Below are positions 14,068-27,050 of a stretch of 64,000 bases of DNA, one piece after another. The notes below the pieces were generated by a model, which did no database searches, had not been told where the DNA came from, and saw only the letters and a list, made by a program, of their open reading frames with translations. The translations under genes were made by a program, and so were the position numbers. The stretch is from contig MU619318.1 of the NCBI GenBank assembly GCA_025201805.1, forward strand, positions 88,529-152,528, given 5' to 3'. The stretch's first letter is position 1. Each line of letters opens with the position of its first letter. Source of the stretch: Parasitella parasitica NRRL 2501. Lineage: Eukaryota; Fungi; Mucoromycota.

Positions 14068-15761
14068 TTAAGCATCCTTTTTGGCAAGCTAGGATAACAT
14101 GCAAATATTAGCATATAAATACTTGGTCAACATGATTGCACTTACGCGAGCACGAAGAGCTGCCATACGATCTTTGACGCTTCCTGTGGGCTTAGGTTTT
14201 GGCTTTTCCCGTTCAATTTCAGCTTCCTTTGCTTTTTCATGAGCTTCCAATAACTTACGGACCTAACCCATTTATAAGTATTATATAGTATTATATAAGT
14301 TGTTCATGAAGGTCCACTTACACCTGGTGGTATTTTTGTTTCCTTGAGCCATTCCTTTCTGTCAACAACGAGATGTAAGCTCGGCAAACTTTTTTCAGGG
14401 ATAGAAGCATCAGGCTAAATCCCAATGATGAGTACACATACAGTCTGCCTATTTGTAGTAATACCCTCAACGTACCTCTGGATGGTTGACAAAATATTGC
14501 GTAATGGCATCCTTCAAAATATCTGCTCTCTTTTGTAGATCTTTACCAGCTAAGGGCATTGACCAATCTTTCGTAAATTGGATCAAGTAGGCCTCTGTTG
14601 CCTTCCCACCAAAATTTCTTATCTCCTTTACCTCAAGTGTGTATAATTGCGGTGTGACATACATGATTTGACATATATGTGAGAGGGTAATGGTTCTTCT
14701 AGTTGAGTTTCTTAAGACTGATTCAATTTGATGGTATAAAGTTGGCTGGTGACGAGCAGCACGATCTGTAATAACAATATCAAGAGATTTGCGAAGTTTT
14801 TCAAGTGTGCATTTCTCATATTCGATCCTCTGTTTGTCAGCTTTTGTTAGATATTCTTTGTAAGGTGCAATATACGTCTGTCGAGGTGGTGTCATGGGCT
14901 CGATGAAAGATGATGGCGGTGAAAGCGTGTCCTGGTTTGATAAAGCATCGTCTTCTTGGGCATGTGTTGGAGATGTGTTTTCAATTGCTGCACCCACTTC
15001 AATTTTTCCACTTTCAACGCTTGAATCAGGCGATCTTGTTGAAACAGGTGAGGTTGTAGGTGATTCTATTCTGCCTACATTGGTAGTTATATCAATATTT
15101 TTTGTAACAATCGTAGTCTCCACTTTTGTGATATTCTTTGTATCTTTAGTTGCAACGTCTTTTGTTTCTAGAGATATGGAGGGTGTTTCCGCAACTTTTG
15201 CGGGGTTTTCTTCAACAGCTACTTCAATTGTGGTTGTCTTCTCTTCTGTTGCGACATTTTTTGAAGATTCTACATCATGATGCTGTTTTTGTTTTTTGTT
15301 GACCTTATTAGAGGCTGAAACTTCAACTTTACGTTTGATTTTAGTCTCTTTTGCAGTTTTTGCCTCGGTATTTTTTAAATTTAACACAGTTTGCTTCAAG
15401 TCTTTAGAGGCTAAACGAGAAGATTTGCGAGCGACAGGTTTCTACCAAGGATCGTTTACATCTACTTTCAAATAAAATAGCTTTGATGAATTACCTCTAT
15501 TTTTTGTGGTTTTTGGACAATCTAAACATACAAAATATTAGTGTCCTGCCTGCCTCCTGTTTTGCTACATTGGTAGGAAATTACATGTTCAACTGGTCTG
15601 AAAGCCTTGGTTAGTTGTTTATCTTCGAGGTTTTTAACATTTGCTGTTTCATTGTGGCTGATTCTACTTTTCTAAAGTTTTCATAGGATTAGAGATATAT
15701 GAATGCAGTTTTTTAGGCAACATACTCTTGCGCGAAACTCGATACGAGATTGTCCCTTCAT
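14068..15761 (-). CDS. Cdt1-like DNA replication licensing factor (N-terminal winged-helix domain only), 7 exons
   Basis: Start MKGQSRIEFRAR; LYHQIESVLRNSTRRTITLSHICQIMYVTPQLY resembles the Cdt1 geminin-binding domain; ends DRMAALRARLAKKDA*. Confidence 0.7.
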
Positions 15762-15785
15762 GTTGCTTTGTATAGCTTTGTATAA

Positions 15786-15791
15786 ACGCGT
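15786..15791. promoter_or_regulatory. MCB-like element ACGCGT 25 bp upstream of the Cdt1-like ATG
   Basis: Exact ACGCGT; CDT1 genes are classic G1/S targets. Confidence 0.4.
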
Positions 15792-18012
15792 TTGTAGATA
15801 GAAAAAAAGCCCAGTTTATGTGAAGAATCGAAAAAATTATCTGGGTTAAATGTGACTCCAACACAGGTCCTTTCGAGCTGAAATTCAAGAAGCTGAACAT
15901 TGATATAGGATTTAATGAATAACTTTAATGGGTCAGAATATGACATTAACCTCCAAATTTCCTCACATCTTGCATCAAAAAGACTATGGCATTTGGTGTG
16001 CGCGCAATGCTCATTTTTCATTTTTAACATATACTTGTTACAAACGATATTTTTGCTATACCCCCATACCAATTGCTTCGAATCTACTTTTAAAATCTAA
16101 TCAAACTGTATGACTCCAAGAGAGTTTCTCTCATTCATTACATAGAGCCATTGGCTAACTGGCTGTCTGGTCAAAAGTTTTTGAAATCTATCATAATCTA
16201 TTTTGCGATATCTGGAATTTTGTGTGGCCTCCAATCTTACATTATGCCTGAGATATTTGCCATGTATTTAACTTGTTTTATGCCATCGAGGCTACAGGGG
16301 ACGACGATATTTTCAACGCTTTGGATATATTTTTTATGATATCTGTTTGATTCAAGAATAAATTCTAACCACCCTTTATCAAGCCTTGGCTCCATTCGCT
16401 ACTCACAATGATGTTCAGATGTTAGCAACCAATGAAAAGTGCTTGTTGAAATGCTCATATTACTATGAAGAAAGGTATACTTTTGGTATCAAATTACTTA
16501 CTTTATAGAGCTGTGTCAAGTACTAGAATTGGTATTGACGTGATATCATCTCCAGATAGAAATTTTTACAGCTTAAAAGCAAGAACTTTAGTTTTATGCG
16601 CCATTTTTTGACTGATTTTCATAACTAAAAATGCCTTGAAAACACCAGAAATAGTATCCATTGGGAAAAAACTATATTATATATGATTTTGGTGCAATTT
16701 GAGCATGATTTTTTTTCGATGCAAAATGACAGATTTTTTCGATTTTCTCCTTGTATCCACCCATCCAAAATCATCGATTATGCATTATCCTCGATTTTGA
16801 CCTCAAAAATACAACTTTTTACTATAGCATATATTAGAGGAAAATGATCGCAAAAGACCATTCCTTCATCTGAAAGACTGGAAATGCGCTTTGATTAAGC
16901 AAAATATTGACTTTTCCCTCTTAATCTGTTTTGAGGTTTTCTCGACATAATTCCTTCCATGAGTATATGAGAATTATGAAAAAATACCAGCGTGTAGAGC
17001 GTCCAAAAATACAGCTATTATCATAGACTGACAGCCATGGTATGCATAGTATCAGAGGATGGTATCTTATCCCAAAGGAGTAATTTTGTTTTCGAAATGT
17101 CCAAATGGAGTTTTCTGAAAGAATTTTTTCTTTCTGATTTTGGGAAATTTTTAATCTCCGCTATCAATGAAAAATGGTGTTGTTTTGAAGAAAGCATTAG
17201 CTTTGAGAAGCCACAAATTACCCAATTCAAGAGAAAACAATTTCAAACAAATTTATTTAAATATTGTGCTTTTCGGCTTTCTAATGGTAGTACTAGCATG
17301 TCAGTACCTGGCCTGACGATCTTACGCTCCGATTTTGAAAAATACTTTTCCGAAAAAAAATCAGAAAAGTCGTTACCTTCATCTGTTGTCAACTTAAAAA
17401 GTACAAAAAGTTGCTCTAAGCTATGCAAATATGTAATCAGAAGGTTTCTTGTAGTCTAATGCATTACTTTGAATTACTTGCTCTTGTGTCTGATATCGCT
17501 AAACATTGTTTTTGTACAGTTTTTGTCTTTTTTTGTTTTTACAATAGCACACTAAAGTCCGCATAGGCCAAAAAAAAACAGGCGCCTAAAATCCACGTAC
17601 TAAGCTTCGCAAAGACACACACTTTTAAACTATCCCAATATTATCAAAAATAGCACAGGCTTGACTAGCTGTTCTACTTTCCAACTGAAGATAGAGAACC
17701 CTGCTTGGTATTTGTCTGACAAGACTTTCTACATTAGAAAACACCAGATCAACTGAAGGTATAAGAAAATGCCAGAGTAAAAGAACAATCTGCCATCAGG
17801 ATAACACACTCATTCATAAAAATTAATCTGCATAGAAACTCATGAGATCTCAAGCACATAAATGTGTTTATCTTCAACTTTGCTCTCCATTTCTGAATAC
17901 AAGTGAAGGTTTTTGATCCAAAGTCAACAGACACACTATCACAGATGGCTGTTAGTTGACAACCGTAACCCTTGTTAAAGACTAACTTGGACTTGAAAAT
18001 ATGATGTAGATG

Positions 18013-18058
18013 GCTTTATTCATAGTACATTCTCTTGTATTTTCACTATGAATAAAGC
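18013..18058. repeat. Perfect 14-bp inverted repeat with 18-nt spacer
   Basis: GCTTTATTCATAGT (18013-18026) / ACTATGAATAAAGC (18045-18058). Confidence 0.85.
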
Positions 18059-18690
18059 AAAGCAATTTCTCTTCCAAATCTGACCCAGGTAGCGGATCCT
18101 TGATTTCTCATTGGATCATACTGAAATACCGCTGCTTTTCTATCGACATCATAAAGAGAATGTACAATCGTATCTAATGTGTCAGATGTAGTTCATTTAA
18201 CCTTTATACGTTCATTCACATTAGTCAATTCCATGCCGTGAGATATTATTAATTTCAGCAAGATAATTGCACGTTTATCAGTCAAAAGATTATGTTTATT
18301 GATTTGCTTAAAAATACATTAATAGTTCCATTTATGCAAAAATAAGGTAGAACTTAGTCACCACTAATATAATAGTGTAGATAATGTCTTGAAATCAAAT
18401 CCTGAAACTTTGTGTGTGTTGATTATTCAAGGTTATGATTGTTATTGCTGCTTTCTACGCCCGTGAACACGGCATTTTTAGAGGGACATTAAAGAAATTT
18501 AACCTTAAATCATAACAATATATCGCCAATAACCAATCCTTAAAATCATAAATTACTTAGCAGAGCATATCTCCTTATCGTGATATAATTACCTAAATCT
18601 TAACATTGAATAAAGTTATACAGCATCAACTTCTCTAGCTTTGTTTAAATACAACGACACTTTCTCAATGGTATACATTATTTTACAAAT

Positions 18691-19966
18691 CTAATCTCGA
18701 AATTTGAGTGTTTCCAACGGCCACTTCGGTAATGTTGTGATTGTATAGTCATCGATAAGACCAGCTTGAAATCTCTCAAGTCCAGCCCAAGCAATCATTA
18801 CACCGTTATCGGTACATAGTTGCGGAGGTGGGCATAATAACGGTAAGTTATAAGTATTTGCTAGGGCTTCTAATCTAAGTTGATTTGTTATTCAAATGAA
18901 ATTTCTCTCTTTATACTTTATGTCTGTTTTCTAACCTGGTTCTGAACAAGGTATTGCTTGCAACACCTCCACTTATTACTAATGCGGTTAATGGTTTTTT
19001 CAACTGGACGACTTCTTGCTCCAAAGCGAGAGTCAGTTTCTGCTCCAAATGTTGAATACAAGCAATCTGAAAGGCAGCAGCCACATCAGAGACATCTTGA
19101 GGGACCCCCAGATCGACCAAATTGTCTGTTTCGACTAGTCTGGCTACAGCCGTCTTTATACCAGAAAAACTGAATCCAATAACCGACTTATTCCGCTGGA
19201 GCATAGGTGTAGGCAGGCGGGACAAATAGCGTTCTGGATCACCCTGCAAGGCAGCTTTTTCGAGAGCAGCACCTGGCCCTCCTCGTCTTCCCTTGATCCA
19301 ATCTAATTTCAATAATCTCGCTGTTTTGTCAATTGCCTCTCCAACAGCATTATCAAGTGTAGTTCCTAGTTCATTATAATTTCCAACATTGTTGCATGTC
19401 AATAAAAGCGTATGGCCGCCTGATATCAACAATGTCATAAAAGGAAATGCAGGCGAAAGTTGATTGAAGTGATCTGTAGTCAACCTCACTGTCAAAGCAT
19501 GTGCTTCCTGATTACACCTGAACGTTTAAATAGTGATGCCGTAGGCTTTTAGTTAGGATACTCTTACCATATGATGAACACCAATTAGTGGCTTTTTTGA
19601 AACGGCAGCTAATGTCTTTGCTGCATTTAGTCCCACTGGCAGACAGGGCGGTAATCCAGGCCCTCTAGTAACAGCAATTGCATCCAGGTCTTCAACTGTG
19701 AGGCCAGCACTATCAAGAGTCTCACAAATAACACCCGGTAAATTGCGAGAATGGCCCTTACTAGCCAATGTAGGCACAATTCCACCCATCGGCTCGTGCA
19801 ATTCTTGTTGTCCTCGAACCACATCGGCCAAGATCTGTCTATCTGAAGTAACGATGGCCGCTGATGTATCATCGCATGAAGTTTCAATGCCAAGTACTTT
19901 GATAGGTCTAGCGTATTTTGATATTAATCGTCTTGATGAGTAACAAATGGTTCGAATTAAGCTCAT
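18691..19966 (-). CDS. QRI7: Mitochondrial tRNA N6-adenosine threonylcarbamoyltransferase (Qri7/OSGEPL1)
   Basis: Basic mitochondrial-type presequence; [50 protein letters not shown]. Confidence 0.95.
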
Positions 19967-20154
19967 TTTATAAGGCAGGCTTTATGCAAAAAAAAAAGAC
20001 CCATGCTGCCCAAGAGTTTTCAAAGTAGCAGTGACTAGGGAGTTTAAAGGGCTGATCTAACTCAGACTTGAGGGAATAGCATCGCTAGACTATGGAATGG
20101 AATGTAAAATAAGGAAGGAAAGTGATATATGATGATGATTATAATGCAAGTGAG

Positions 20155-21481
20155 TCATTGAATTTCGTTCATTGCATAAGCCAATGCTAAATGACATTTG
20201 AGAGATCGCTGAACGAATGGAAAATCAGGGCTATTAGAATCAGAATGTCTCAAGAAATCTAGAAACAAATTAAAATCTAGTTTCGCCGTTCTTTACAATG
20301 AATTACCTTTAAGCAAAAGGCCATACCGCGTAATCCTTTGAATTGGAGCAATCATATAATCTGATAGCCCCATCCGATGTGTTTCCTTTTTGCGCAACGA
20401 ATCCTAATTTCAACATATTTATATATTCAGGCATTAGACAAAAATAAAGGTATATGTAGATTTGAATACAAGCGTACCTGAACTAACTGTCTGTAAACTA
20501 TAGACCTGTCCGCTTTTGCAATACATTTTTGTTGTTTTGGGAAATTAGCAGCATAGCTAATATAAACGTCAAATTGATCTTCCAAGTCGCAAAAGACCAT
20601 GCCAAAATAGCCATGAGTTTCTCCGTTTTCGGTTGTACAAATAGCTTCGTTTAGCCGGTTGACCAATGTAGAAGACAAATGTATTAATTCGGGGATGAAG
20701 GCAAAAATGGTTGTGATATTTTTAATATTAACTAGTGGACGAGGATGTGTCGTGGCGGCCAGCGTTAGCGGATCCATAAACATCTAAAACACGTAAAATT
20801 ATTGTTCAAGTTAATCACATACCAGATACCATTTATCAGGCGCAACAAACCTGCTTTATAATCGTCAGATGTTCCAAGTATGTCGTTTCAGTAGTTATCA
20901 GTTCATTTAATATAAAGTGAAGTAAATGAGGCGATTGACCATGAGGGGACTAAATGTAATTATTTCAGTCCGAATACGTTGGGTATTATTTCGTGTGAAC
21001 AAACCATTTTGGAATCTGCCAGATGCTGAGCAAATGTGCTTTTCCATATACCAATCCCTTCTCTTTCTTTTAGGCATAAAACTCTCTTGTTATTTGATGC
21101 TGAAGAACGTTTAAAGCGGAATGGTCGTGATGTGGGCTGTTGATTTTGTTGTTGCGGAGGCGTAATTAATAAAGATGGGGCAGAATCTGAATAACTTAGC
21201 GATGCTCTATCTGATTCAAGAAATCTTTCTCCGTCATTTCTGTGAAAGAGACTGGATTCGAGTAAGGATATCGATCTGCGAGGAGAGTTATTCGGTCCAA
21301 GTTTCTTGAATTTGCTATTTCTTGTAATTGGGGCTGTTTTTGTTTGAACTGGAGTAATTGATGGTCGACATTGCTCAAATGAGATAGGTAAATTATCTGA
21401 AAATAAGGAATCAATGGTTGCAGAGGCCCATTGTTTTGTTTCATATAATGATGTATCCTCGACAGGGGAATGCGGAGGCAT
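20155..21481 (-). CDS. Dbl-homology (RhoGEF) domain protein
   Basis: Low-complexity N-terminus, then ELITTETTYLEHL, FMDPL, IFAFIPELI, YISYAANF, LSDYMIAPIQRITRYGLLLK. Confidence 0.85.
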
Positions 21482-21608
21482 TGTGTATACTAATTTATAT
21501 ATATGTGTGTATAATTATTAAAAATAATTGCGTAAAAAGTATTATATACAGTAGAAAGAAATAGAAGAAGATAGGAAGGAAATTGGTGCCACTACGAAAA
21601 TGTCGCAC

Positions 21609-23030
21609 TTAAAAGTCAGAGAATAGCTCACGGAAAGGGTCGTCCTTCGGTTGTTCGCGCGAGATCTCATCTGGATATTTATCAAAATTACTGGTATCAT
21701 AGTCATTAGAATGAGCTGGTATTAAAGGCGCCTTTAAAAAGAGAAGTTAGTGACACAATGGCTTGCAATTCGTAATATATATATATATATATATAGCCTA
21801 CCCGCACTGTCTTGGTCAATAATCCGTGCCAATCTGTAGTACGAAACCATTTGTGCTTCTTTATATCGTCTGCACCGCCTTTCAGATTTCCCAACCGTTT
21901 TGTGCGATCGATAACCAATAGCTTTTTCAATAGATCTCTGGCAGAATTTTCGAAATAGCTTGGATATTGCACCTTTCCACCCAAAATATGCTCGTAGATC
22001 CCAAAATGGTTGTCATCGTAAAACGGTGGATAGCCTGCCATCATCTCAAATATCAAAATGCCCAATGACCACCAATCCACTGATTTGCTATGTCCTTTGC
22101 TTTGAATGATCTCAGGAGCCAAATATTCAGGGGTACCACATAACGTCCATGTTCTATCAATTACCTTTTTTGCAAAACCAAAATCAGTGATCTTTATATA
22201 TCCTCTATGGTCCAACAAGATGTTTTCAGGCTTCAAATCACGGTAAATGATGTCTTTCGAGTGCAGATATTCCAAAGCCAGTACAATTTCCGCAGCATAA
22301 AACCGAGCTGTATCATTTGGGAATCTGCCTGATTTTCTCAAATGTCTAAACAGTTCTCCTCCAATGACATATTCCTGCAACATGAACAAATTCTCGTAAT
22401 CTTGAAATGTGCAATACCTATGCATTTGCTGAGTAAACCCGCTCATGATCACATGTTAAAATCTGTACCTACAGTTGAACAATAAACGGAAAGTTGATTT
22501 CTGATAAAACCTGCCTCTCAGAGTTGATGTGCTCCACTTGCTTCAATTTCACAATGTTGGCCTTTTTCAGCACCTTGATGGCATAATATTTCTTGGTCTT
22601 TCTTTGCTTGGTTAGCCAGACCCTCCCAAAAGTACCAGTGCCTGTGTCTCTCTTTTCAGATATCCAAACTATCCGTTATAGTATGCGATTTTTCCTTACC
22701 AAGAGTTTCTATCAATTCGTAGTCTTGGATACCAAATGAGGGATAAGGGTCAAATATAGGAGGCTGCTGTTTCCAAAATTCAAGTTGTTCCTGGTGTGCA
22801 ATCCATTTCTCTGTCTCTGCCGTCGATTTGATTGTAGTAACGTCGCTAAGATCATCTTTTTTGTTCCAAAGTCCTTGAATTGTGATAGTTGGACTGAATG
22901 AAATGGATGCTAAGCTGCTGGATTTTTGTGAAGCCGATGTTGCTAGTATTTCTTTTGGTGTTTCGTTGCTGGTTTGATCATTCTTTTTCAAAAATGAAGA
23001 GACAAAATTGGAGATTAGCCGTAAGGGCAT
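21609..23030 (-). CDS. cAMP-dependent protein kinase catalytic subunit
   Basis: [40 protein letters not shown]-terminal FSDF. Confidence 0.95.
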
Positions 23031-24221
23031 ATTTTCTTGTTTTCTATCTTTATCTAAGCAATAGATCCTCAAAAAGAAGTGAAAGAAAGAGAAAGAGAAG
23101 AAATAAACTAAGAGTTGGAATATATAAAGAGGGGAAGTGTGCAGAATTAGGACTTTTAATAATTTCGGCTCAGTGTGTGTATGGAAGTTGTTTGAGAAAA
23201 AAAAAAAGGCCATTATTAAACATCAACAACCATACATGGGCATATCGAGATATTCTCTACCATTATGCACTCCTTTTCTTTTTTGTTCAATGAGAAAAAA
23301 AAAAGTTCCCTTTTACTCGAATGGCTGCACGGGAGAGAACTCTTTTCTCGCTTAACTATGCAATGTATAAGATCGTAATCCTGTCAAATGCCAAGTAAGG
23401 GCCTTTTCTTTTTGCATGTTATATGTTACATAACTGCTTAATTTAATTTATTGAGTTCATAGTTCCATACATAGGATTGTATAAGCAAAGAATTTGGTAC
23501 ACTATTTGAAAAGTTAAATGTGATTACATAGCTTCCTCTTACGCTACAAATTTGCTTAGCAATTGGCGCAATGAACCCTTCAATGCCTATTCGTACAAAG
23601 TTTATTACTAATAATCAGATTTTGGAAATAGCAAGCAAGCGAATATAGCGCTATAAAAACTGTTGGGCTACATGCTAGTACATTTAAAAAGGGTGCATTC
23701 ATCAAAATTATGCAAGCAAATGGCCTGAGCATTTCTTTCGGCCAGAAATCTACCTTTACAAGGCATTTGTTTCATTGTATGTTACCATATGCACAACTAG
23801 TGCTCTATTATGAAAATAACGTTTAGCTATTGCCATAGTGACGTTGCTTAGGCATCAACTACACGGTGTCAGAGCATCGCCGCGCATCCATTAACAAATT
23901 CAGCATAATTTGCCTGATTTAAAAATTTATCGGCCAAGGTATCAAGTGAGATAATTCATAATCATCTGCTGCTTCATTAATTCTGCGATTAGCAATAAAA
24001 ACTAAATATATCAACCTGATTCTCAATCCCCAAATGATTCCACTACTTTGAACCATCTCCGTGTAAAGTGTTAGCTTTCCATAACGCTTGCGTATATAAC
24101 TTGTGCAGTTTATTTCCGAAAAGCATTGATACCATTCGGAAATTACACGCACAACGATATATAAAGGACGCCTAGTACAATGCTTCTTTTTCTTTGTTAA
24201 CAATACCAACGGTAAAAAAAA

Positions 24222-25843
24222 ATGAGCAGACTCTTTCTTTACCTGCTGGTTATAACAGCATTATTCATAACACTGGCGTTTGCCAAAAAGCATAAAGACA
24301 TTGAAAGTGTTCTTTCCGAAGAAGATATAGCTGCTGCTGAAGAGGAAAAGATTACAGCGGATGCTCTTAAAATGGGAGCATTGAGGGTTGGTTCAGACAA
24401 CATCCTTGTGCCTGATGCTTCGGCTGAACACCCCTTGATTATTTCTAATCCAGAAGACCAGCCTTTGTGTAAACCAGATGTGGAGATTCAGCCTTCTCGC
24501 TCAATCAAAACCATGGAAGGCTATGAGGTGCTTGTGCTCACCAATGCTATCAGTAATCCGCGAAAAATGATGATTGACCCAGCCAACCATGTCCTTGTTG
24601 TATCTCCAGAAAACGGCGTGTATTCTATCCGTATGGACAAGTGTGGGAACTCTGATGTGCAGTTAATCGTCAGTAATGCTCAAATGGATCAACCTGTAGC
24701 CCAGGGTATTGCCTTGTTCGACCACAACTTGTTTGTTTCGACTGCCAATTCTGTTTATAAATTCCCATACAGTGATGGCCAGCACTCTCCTGCCGAAAAC
24801 GGTGTCAAGATCTTGACAAACATCAACCCCGAAAATGCAGGCGCCATGCCTGATGTTGCTATCGATCCTTTTGGCCATGCTTTTGTGCCCCGTTCTGTCG
24901 CAGACGTTCACAGTAAACTAGATCCTTCAAAAGCCATCATCAAGAAATTCAACCTCAAACTTATTCCCGAGAACGGTTTTGATTACGATGCAGATGGCGA
25001 AGTGCAGGCCTATGGTACTAATACTCATGGTTCTATGGGCTTCGATGCTCAAGCTCGCTTATGGGGCATTAACGGCATTCCTGCCTCAGAGATTAGGCGT
25101 TCCGATATTAGTGCTGATCACGGTAAGATAGCTTATGCTTATTTCATCAATCTATTAATTGCGCAACCAACTGCCATGAATGCATAGATCTCTCATCAGC
25201 AGGCCTCGCTGAAGAACTCAACTTGTACGAATTTGCAAAGACAAACTTTGGCTTCCCTTACTGTATGACAGAATTTGACCTCAAGGATATTTCCGCTTCA
25301 TCCAAAGGATTGGGTGCTCAATGGGCTCACCCTACATTCATGAACGAATCTGTCTCATTGGATGACTACTGCCAAGTGGAGGCAAACAACATGCGACCAT
25401 CTGTCCCGCTCAAGCCAAACTCAATTGCCACTTCTGTTCATTTTTATATGGGCGAATTTTGTTCAGTTGGCGATTCAACCACTCAAGGTTCATCTGTAGG
25501 CCTTCCATGTAATTGGACTGATACCCCTATATTGGCTAACCATGGCGTAGCTGGCCAATCCGGTGGACATAACGTTGTTCGTCTTCACTTTGATGATTTG
25601 GGCCATAAGCCTCGTTGGGATAAAGATCCTGAAATAATTTTAGAAGAAGCCGAGCCATGCAGTGACAACGGCTGCATCTCTCCATATGGCTTGACTGTTG
25701 ACAAGTATGGCCGCTTATTTGTCAGTAGCGATACGACTAATGAAGTGTTTATTGTCTCGCGCACCTATAATCAGGAGGCAGTGAAGCTATTAACTGACAG
25801 AGCTAACGCTGAAGATGATGAAGGAGGAGAAGAAGAAGAATAG
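24222..25843 (+). CDS. Secreted quinoprotein glucose/sorbosone dehydrogenase-like beta-propeller (AA12-related), divergent
   Basis: Signal peptide; NPRKMMID, LFVSTANSVYKFPY, AEELN, FGFPYC, YGLTVDKYGRLFVSSDTTNEVF; one intron ~25123-25186. Confidence 0.7.
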
Positions 25844-25912
25844 TTTTATTTCATAATACTAATAAAAATGAGGGAATACTGAATGTTTGGTTATATTTAC
25901 ATGGAAAACGCT

Positions 25913-27013
25913 TTAATCAAAGATGGGTCTGTAACCTAATCTTCTGCGGCTGTATACTTTGTAGCCAAAGAAGCCGACAATACTTAGAATACCGCCTGTG
26001 ATAATAATGATTGTCAATAACACGACAATTGACCACACGATAGGAAGGCCGAATAGACCTCTTCGAATTGGCAACAAGACGGTATCAATGGCAATGACGC
26101 CTCCACCACCTGACACACGCCCCAGACCAGTAACATGCGCTCTATCATTATCACCACCGTTCTTGACTTCCACAAACAGCTCTCCCTTTTCGTTTTCTCG
26201 TATGGCTACTTTATCGTCATCTGAAAGTAACGTTGAATATTCGCTCTTGTCATGTCGGCTTTTGCTGTTTTCAGACGATAATATCCATCGATCTTGCCAT
26301 GCAGTAGGAATGACATGCAGTTTTGCCACTCTTTCTAGCTGATATTGGTCGCCAAACAGTACGTCTAAATCGACATGCGCAAAGGCCTTGTCGGATGGCG
26401 CTAATACCACCATGTTATCTTGATTGATCTTATCCAGCAAATTTGCCTTTGTTAATATTTGTGTCATTGTGCTGGCCTCGATGCCCACCAGAAGATGCTG
26501 ATTGGAGATTCTTACTTGATTGGGTATTTGGACTTGAGAGATCTTGTGAACTACGCCGTTTGAGACTAACGTGTTTGCGTGTGTAACAATAGCAGCATTC
26601 TCATTCATGCCATTGCCTTCGGGTCTACCGATAACTACGGAACCTGCTTGATTTTGGCTAACACGCAAAGTAGAGTTTGCTAGTGTCGCTACCTCATGCA
26701 CCTGAGATTTGATGTCGTCATAATACAGTAATGACCTTGCAGCATGGTACCTTAATACAGTCTGTAAATCAGACTTGGCTGATGAATGCACCAAATATTT
26801 TGCAACGAGGCCCAAATTCTGAAAGGCTTCATTTGTGGGTACAAACAGCGTCAATCCTCTGGTGTTTTTGATCTCATCTGCTACTCCAGACGCATAGAGT
26901 GTAGCAAGGAACGTTGACAAATCGAGATTGACGACCAATTTTCCAAGAATGTCTCCTGGAAGCAAAAGGGGGTCTGAAATCTGGTATATTATGTCGTCAT
27001 GGATGCCAACTGA

Positions 27014-27050
<37 letters not shown>

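Noticed and set aside
18233-18475. ATGCCGTG/CACGGCAT 8-bp inverted ends around an AT-rich ~240 bp segment (possible MITE)
   Set aside because: The TIR is too short and there is no clear target-site duplication.
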